Program-made: the position numbers and the translations under genes | NCBI RefSeq assembly: GCF_000400465.1 | Contig: NW_008806274.1 | Location: 510,244-572,243 of the forward strand | Direction of reading: 5' to 3' | From: Wallemia ichthyophaga EXF-994 | Lineage: Eukaryota > Fungi > Basidiomycota | DNA length: 62,000 nucleotides | Shown here: positions 54,447 to 62,000 of the stretch, piece by piece | Layout of the letters: the number at the start of each line of letters is the position of its first letter | Numbering within the stretch: the first letter of the stretch is position 1 | The notes under the pieces: generated by a model | Told to the model about the DNA's origin: nothing | Database searches by the model: none | The model's input: only the letters and a program-made list of their open reading frames with translations

Positions 54447-57400
54447 TTACTTTCGATCGCTCAGTGGACCTAAATCTACCCAACTCACTCTAGGTGCTGT
54501 TGATGAATTTTGTCCTAAGGTTTGTCCTCCTGATCTTTGCCTCATATGCCCTGGTTCTCCATTCATTGATTCGAACGCTGACGTATGCGCAAGTGGTTCG
54601 AATGATTCTGATGGTGTAAACGGTGATGCTACTGAGTAAGATGAACTATCTGGCGTTTCAGAACCAGAGTTTATAATCGCTGATTTAAATTTAGACATTC
54701 TTGCATCTCTCTCCTGCTCTTGTACGAATGCAGGTATGGCGTTCCCTGCAATAGATTGTCTCGAAGGCAAGAACCAAACAGACTGTGGCCTGTTCTCATC
54801 GAAACCTTCGTTGAGCAATTCTTCCATTGCATTAGCATCATACTCTCTTCCACCACCTTTCATCAACAGATCATGTGCAGGTGTGAGTCTTGAAGCTGGA
54901 GGTGGATGTTCGCTATTAAACTCATTATAGTTACCAATTTCTTCACCCCACTTATCTTCTTCACCGTATGAGCTAAGAGATGTGTTATCGCTCTCCGCGT
55001 AGTCTGTTGAATCTGGATGTAACGAATCTGGTGGATTGAGATCGTTGTAGAATGCTCTTTGACCGAATGCTTTTTCATATTCTTTTCGTGTCCTCTCCTC
55101 TCGTTTCGTTTTGCGCAAGCGAGAACGTTCCCAATCTTCCCACCTGCGTAATGGTATATTCACAGTAAACAACTCTTCCTTATCGTCATGTGCCACACTC
55201 TTTGCTTCACCTTCAACTTTACGAGTTTCACCCCAGGAAAAGTCATCAAAGTGCCAGAATGAATACACAGGCAACACCAAATTCCATATCGGCAGAGCGA
55301 TAATGTAGATAACCATCCAACCAATGTAGACAATCTTGAAATTTGTGATAAGAATGAGAATTGCAGGTAAACCAAGAACAGCACAAAGCATCATGAGTGG
55401 AATTGCATCAGCAAATTGAGTAGGTGGTGTGATAATTGAGTTGATGATTAATGCCAATGAGAGGAGGATAGCGATTGGAAGAACGACGGTACCGATAAGA
55501 TCCATGAGAATCACGAACTGCATCGAAAAGCAGAAGGTACCACATCTTAGTGAAATGTCAACTTTGCTAATGCAACTCAAGAGTCACTTACAAGTTCCTA
55601 ACCAATACCAACTCCATCAAGTTATGTACAGTTGAGTTGATCCAGCGACGGCGCTGAGATAGCAAAACCTTGAACTCGTCCGGAGCGATGGTTCTACAAC
55701 GTGCAGATGGACAGAACATCATTTTGCGGTTAGGGAAGGTTCTTAACATCATTGTTGACAAGAATCTGTCTTCACCAAGTAAGAGAAGATTCTTTTGATG
55801 CAAAGTTTGAACGTCTGTTTGACTATACTGCTCTACTATGTCTGGTTTTACTATGAGTGGTACCCAATCGTCTTCCTCATCACGTCTAGCCTTGATACGA
55901 TACATGGAGAAACAACCTGGTAAACAAGTAACACCACCGAACACACTCTCGAATGCCTAAATTGGGTTTAGTTCGCGAGATCAGTCTAACATAACACGAC
56001 TCACTTTGACCATGTGATGGGAGATGTAGTACTCGAATACCTGTATCCAAGTAACCCAGCTAGCCCGTTTGTTTTCCAATCTAGTTTCACCACAAACACC
56101 CATAATCAAGTTATCGTGCTGCATGCATAGAATCAACTTGGTGAGTGCGTCAGGAAAAATCTTGGTATCAGCATCAATCATGAATATTGTTTCAAAGTAG
56201 TCAGGCGTAACGCCCATCAGAGTATGAATCTTTCTGAATAAATCGTAATCTAATGGTGTCATACGATCGTTGTATGTAACTCTAGAGAAGAAGTTCATGA
56301 GAACTATCTGAGAATCTCTTTTTCCTCTGTTTCCAGGCTTTGAAGCAGAGGCAGCCTCATCTTCAGTACCGCACTTTACCAACACGATTGTAGGAGTTCT
56401 GTGACCATTCTTTGATTTGTAATGTCCAGCATAAATCATAGCTCTATTTTCCTGCTTCTTGCCACCACCAACGGCCAAGTAAGCCATTGGCATTGGATTA
56501 CCGAAACGTGGATCTGGCTCAATCATACTGACGCAAATATCAGGGGTTGACATTTTTTCACCGTGCCCAGTGATCATACCATCTGCGACAATGAAGATGA
56601 GTTTGCGCTGGTCAGAGTAGTCACTAGCGGATATTGATTCCACTGTCGTTGCAATACTATCATGGCCCTCAGAGTAGCATGTAATGAGGCAGCATGTATA
56701 CAGCTCTGGACCAACACGTGCAGCCGAAATGATAGGATCATCTGGGACCAATGAGCGGTACTTGGCATCCTTGGCAGCCTTCTTACTTGATTTTGGCTCA
56801 GCACCATCAGAAGCCCAGGGTGCAGTTCCTTTTTTGTTGTTAACGCTGATGTTTGCACCTGAAGGCATAACAGATGGTGAAACAACGGATCTGGACATGT
56901 TCTTTGGAGGCTCGGTGAACTTCTTGGCTAGATACCAATTAAACAGGCAAGCCATAATGAAACGAGCCAAGACGACACCAAGGATAATAATGAGTGCAGC
57001 GTAGAGGAATAACTTGGAAGCGAAACAGCCTGGGGACATGTGATCGATTTGTCCAGCTTTGTAACGCTCGTGGAGACAAGGGACTGCATCCTTCAAATCT
57101 TTCGTATTGTAGAACATTTTGGTAGCATCTTTGCCGCCACTTGTATCAACCTTAAAGAGGACCTTACGAATAGCCTGATCAACAGGGTCATCAGGAATCG
57201 GCGACATCTGGCGATTCAAATATGGTGTCAAATTAAGTACAGTACCTCCAATGACCATCATGTTACGTTTGGCGGTTACATTCGACCAAGAGTAGCCAGA
57301 AAGGGTGTGGTCGGGTACCAGACCAAGACTGGATATGACTGACTCTGTCGGAGGGTCGAATGAACATTCAGAACCTTTAGAACAGGTGTTGATGGTCGCG

Positions 57401-58022
57401 TACGGGGCTTTGTCATCATTGCAGTTTTCTAAGGTACCACGACGGAAGTAATTTGTCATATCAATACCGGGTGAGCCTTCGCCCATGGCCTTGAAATCAG
57501 GATTATGAGCAGTTGCATTTTCTGTTAGATAGTTCTTCCCAGCAATCGAGACAGTACCAAACTTCATACCGACTCTTTCGAATTTGGTGTCCATAGTTCC
57601 CTCCGAAGACGGACAAAGAACTCTATCAACGCCCATACATATGAAGCCGACGATCGCAGCTAAGGAAGCGCAAATCAAGCAAAGTGAAACCTTTTCACGC
57701 CATGCCTGTCTCTTTGCTGGCGTGTGGACGAATAACTTAAGCAGAGGATCAGGTATATAGAAAGTGAGAGCGATGGCTGTATAATGCCAGGGACCCTTGT
57801 TCATTTCTGCGGGCTGCGTTAACTGGATACTCCGAGAGCGGATTACTGCGTACCGATGGAAGGGCCACCGGGCTTGACCAAAGGGGTAACTGGGGGAGCT
57901 CTTTCATGCTTAGTGAGTGTGCGCGATCTGCCAATCGTCGTGTTCTGCCTATGGTCAAGCATGCCGGTGCCAGAACTAGAAGCTCTTATCGCTGTCGATC
58001 TTGGTCTCAAGTTGTCTGCCAT
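54447..58022 (-). CDS. division II chitin synthase (class IV-like, cytochrome-b5-like domain, no myosin motor)
   Basis: [77 protein letters not shown]; exon 1 MADNLRPR... Confidence 0.93.
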
Positions 58023-58681
58023 TGAAGATGTAAACGAGTGTGTAAGAGCGTCGCTGGCTCAATTTTCTGATTTGACGTCGTCGTCGTGAGTGATGAGGTC
58101 AATTCTCGAACAATGCTTAGCGGACTGCACGGACGCAGCAGGTAATTCAAAAAATATAAATTTTCAAGTATACAGTCTAATTATCTTAATCAGATTTCTT
58201 TACATAACGAGCCATCTCGCTATTCCGCCGTCTAGTGGTGCTCCTCATCGTGGTCGTGTTCGAAAGGCAGATGCCATCCCTGAGTGCCTGCGTTAGCTGA
58301 TAGCCTGGAATCATACATCTCTCATCTCACAAGCATATGTGGTAAATCTTGGCTGTAAACGCTTATCAGCGCAGCTTTATAAAGCCAACAGAAACTCACC
58401 GTGCTTTGTAGAAAACCCAGAACCACATTGATGCCCCTAAAGCGGTGCTTGCGAATCTATGGAATGCTGGTGGAGCATGGAAACCTGGCCAACGTCTGTG
58501 TGAGCTATCCATCTCTTATATAATAAACCATTAAATACCTCTTGGACCGCCTGCCATTGTATTTCTGTTTATTTCTTATCAGCGCTACTCACTTGCCGCT
58601 CCCAGCCACTCACTGTCGATGGGAAGTTGGGAAAACCCGTCATATAGAAATCTCAAATATATATATATATATAAAATTACA

Positions 58682-61577
58682 TTAACAATTCTCGTTCTTT
58701 ATCTCATTTAATACTCCGGCAACGAGTGCTGAATACACGTAAACGTACTGACGAAGCGTGGATACCATTGACATTCTCTGCTCGCGTAAATCTTCCACGA
58801 CATCGCAAACTGGTTCATGCAGCCCTTTAATAACACCACAGTGCTGGTGCTCTGGCTTTTCTCCATCCAAATTTGCGGCTTTGAGACTGTCACCAACGTC
58901 CCCGGTCTCACTCACACCAGAAGCTTGCGAAGACATGCTTGACAACTTGCCTCTAAGTTCGGTTGGAGGTGAAGGTGGTCCGAAGGGGAAGTCCACTTTT
59001 TGACCAATGTTGCTAGACGATGTTTGTCTTTCAACTTGCATATTAACATCATTATGTTGATCCATATCAGTGCCATCCTTGGAAGTTGTACGCCTATCTC
59101 CAGCAACCTTCTTTAGACCCGGCCTCAACATATCCACTTGCATATCGTCACTGCTAATTTTCTGCGATTTAGAGCCTCTTCTGCGTAGTTTGCTCTTTCG
59201 TTCGTCTCTTAATAGATCAAGCATTGTGTCAAGAGCAACATATGATCCTGTTCGACCAACGCCTGCACTACAATGTACGACTATTGGTCCCCTATGCGAG
59301 TCGTATAACCCGTTGACATCCGCTATCATTGGCAAAAGTGCATCCGGCAGCGTAGGTGTGTCAAAATCCGGCCATCCAAGATACTGATATTGTGTGATTA
59401 TTTTCTCCTGTCGTAATTCACGATTCTTCAACATAATGGTCCTCTTTACGTACGTAGTCTCATACTTTTCCTTGTTGGCATCTTCAGTTGAGCTCTGTCT
59501 TCCAATAAATGATTGCTTTGAAGATGTATTCTTTTCACCGCTTTCATTGCCTTCATCTCCCTCAGTCGTAAGAACCTGGATTTCGATTTCGTCAAGAACT
59601 CTGTTGGCCCAATAGCGGCAGCACTTGTCAAGGCCACCTTCACGCTGCTTTGTGAGCCTTCAAAATGTCAGTATGCTCGTTATGCTATCAATGCTACTCA
59701 CATAACGATCAAAGCGACATCCTGCTCCCAGCATACCTGCCAGAAGTCTTTGAGTGTAGACTCCATTGGCCCTTGCGTAGCAATATAGCGCTTGGTGTGA
59801 TGCATAAGATCCTTACGAGCTTCCCTGATAATAGGAGTTTTATCACTTTCGCCAGCAGCATGAGGTGGTGCCGGACCTGTGTACAATGGTGAGGGAGCGA
59901 AACCGTCATTCTTGTCGAAACCAAACCCAGGCAGAACATGATTAGCGTTTACGTAATCATTGCCGTCACTATCTTCAGGATCTCTAAGCTTGACACGGGT
60001 GTGCTCAAATGGATATATGTTTCTGTATCTGTTCTTATGACCCAGCTCCACACCTGCACCGATACTGTATCTATCAATCTTACGAGCTTTGCCTAGGTGG
60101 AAAGTATCGTCGCGCTCTTTGCTACCCAAGGATTTCGATTGATTGCCATTTCCGTCAAGAGTCTGGGAATTGTTCGAAAGCCAGTCAAAAACTTCCATCA
60201 TTCTCTTTTGCTCGGTCCTTTCCAGTCTGTAGAACTGATAAGCCAATTCATCGTTGGCTTGCTTCTCAGACATGTCGACAATTCTTCTGAGGAAAGTTGG
60301 AAGCTTGTAAGAATTCCGTCTACTTTCATCTGAGATAGACATAGAAATACGCTCATGAGACATTCCATTTGCGAGCTCTCTATTCTGTCTAACGCTGTCA
60401 ACTGTAGACGTGTGAGTTTAATTATAGTCGAATAGCCGCAAAAGTATTTACAGAAAGGATTAGCAGCAAATTTATCACCACTGTGGCTACTATGCGGATT
60501 GCGAGGACTAGCTTTATTTGTAGTGGTAGAAACACCTTGGAAAGCTGCAAAGGGTAGGTTGCGTGGCTGAACGAAGGAGTTTTCGCCCTTAGGCGTACCA
60601 TCTGTATTTTGACCTTCTGCGAAGCCGTTTGATTTTGGAGTAGTCTCCACTGGTGCATCTTTTACTTGCGTGTAGGCAGCGAAACCGCCTGATATGTACT
60701 CCAATGAAGCACTAGCTCCGGCGTTTTCAAACTTCCTAAATACACCCAGCAATGCAGCGGGCGTGCCTTGCATACCTTCTCCGACGTAATTAGTGTCAGT
60801 GTCGTAAACAATGATAGTCTTTGCTTTCCTGTAAGCCTCAAGCTTACTTCTATCATGAGGATCTGGAACCATCTGAATGATTTTGTCGAGGCTGAAAATT
60901 GGACGTCTGAGCAATGTTGATGGAAGACAAATGCTAACTGCGCCTGGAATGCGAGAAGTAGAAAATGCAGTGTACGATCTAATGTCTACGATTAAAATTT
61001 CCTCCTTGACCGCATCTGGACGCTGATTGATGACGTCGACTAGATTGTGGAGTTCGGTGTGGCGTATGTTATTGGATTTGTGATTTGTGAATGGGGGAGC
61101 GCTATTAGAATTGTTTCGAGGGAGTGGTGGATTTATGGGCCCTTTCAATTGAAAGGGAGGCGGTCCGCCCAGCTGTGCTGGTAACGGACTCGGAGAAGCT
61201 TTCTTATGAGCAGGGCCATTATCCTTAAGACCAGCTGAGCTGGCATCTCTAGAAAGGCTGCTGTGTCTTCTGAGATTGCTTCTATCCCCGATCGCCTTCT
61301 CGAACTCATTGAGAGAGTGATCTTCGGCAACTGGACTCGATGAGCCACTACGCTCACCACGATTGGGTGATATATAGTTTGATTTGCCGAGATTCTGAAG
61401 CTGTGGCGTGAGTGAGGTTCTCCGCTCCACCTTCTGCGGGCTCAACTGCGTTTGTGATCTGCCGAAGCCAGGTGGGCTGAATGGATCTGGTTTTTCTAGC
61501 TCATGCGTTGGCTGCGTTACAATGCTTGTGTGGTTTGAGCCGAAGCGTTCTTCTAGAGCCTGCTCAAAAGTGGTCAT
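58682..61577 (-). CDS. protein tyrosine phosphatase with rhodanese-like domain (Ptp2/Ptp3/Pyp-type MAPK phosphatase)
   Basis: VDIRSYTAFSTSRIPGAVSICLPSTLLRRP; KNRYRNIYPFEHTRV, YVNAN, YIATQGP, GWPD, VHCSAGVGRTG, LREQRMSMV...QY. Confidence 0.9.
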
Positions 61578-61859
61578 TGACGTGAAGATCGTATTGATTG
61601 TGGCTCAAGCTGGTACATCACCCGGAATATCAAAAAAAAAATAAAAGTGGCAAAATTAAGCAACTGACAACCGTCACGTTATTGATCTTTTCCAGCGAGT
61701 GTTGTATTCTGTTCATGAATAGAGTGCTGTGACGTCATTCACGAGAATAACGTCAAACTTTGTCGTTGGCGCTATGTGAGCTTATAAAAGCGCAATAGAC
61801 GTTATATATGCTTGAAATTGTATAACATTCAAATTTTACAACAATGATTTCTAAGCAAC

Positions 61860-62000
61860 TCAATTAAGCGATCCTCTACAACCATCGACACCACAGAGAC
61901 ACGGAATCTTCTCATCCTCAATAGGGAAGTGGTAGTCATATGTGATCTCATCCCCTGGTGAAATCTCCTCCTTGGCATAGATGATTATCTTCTTCTCTCC
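61860..62000 (-). CDS. SET1: 3' end of a SET1-type H3K4 methyltransferase (5'-partial)
   Basis: [46 protein letters not shown] (SET end plus post-SET CxC..C). Confidence 0.85.
   Translation of the reverse strand, partial: GEKKIIIYAKEEISPGDEITYDYHFPIEDEKIPCLCGVDGCRGSLN

Noticed and set aside
1-62000. CRISPR arrays, rRNA, tRNA genes, transposons, telomeric repeats
   Set aside because: None recognised on either strand; repeats present are short coding or microsatellite tracts

Overview
Gene-dense fungal nuclear DNA. About 34 protein-coding genes lie in 62 kb, with many ~45-57 nt GT-AG introns and intergenic gaps often under 100 bp. The compactness and gene content suggest a compact basidiomycete such as Wallemia; this is inference and was not verified. 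Most genes are conserved housekeeping genes (NPT1, MAM33, RLI1, SNC1, SHE9, ERD1, TRAX, RRP4, DPH1, VPS15, FOL2, THO2, MRC1, MSD1, CLPTM1, CDC6, SSU72, HBS1, class IV chitin synthase, a rhodanese-PTP, 3' end of SET1). I found no rRNA, tRNA, CRISPR array or transposon. The most notable observations: (1) a head-to-head choline oxidase / aldehyde dehydrogenase pair in a GC-rich block, both proteins ending in PTS1-like tripeptides, a candidate peroxisomal glycine-betaine module; (2) an 816-nt HBS1 intron containing an in-frame Ski7-like ORF that ends in a PSPDD motif followed by AATAAA; (3) a Rab GTPase with three atypical G-motif residues; (4) a tandem GATA-like zinc-finger remnant with TGA at a Cys position; (5) divergent start codons only 24-34 bp apart and tandem CDSs that overlap or nearly touch; (6) a 10-bp-phased TTGTTT array and MCB-like boxes upstream of MRC1 and CDC6. 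Exon boundaries were inferred by eye and all counts are manual.
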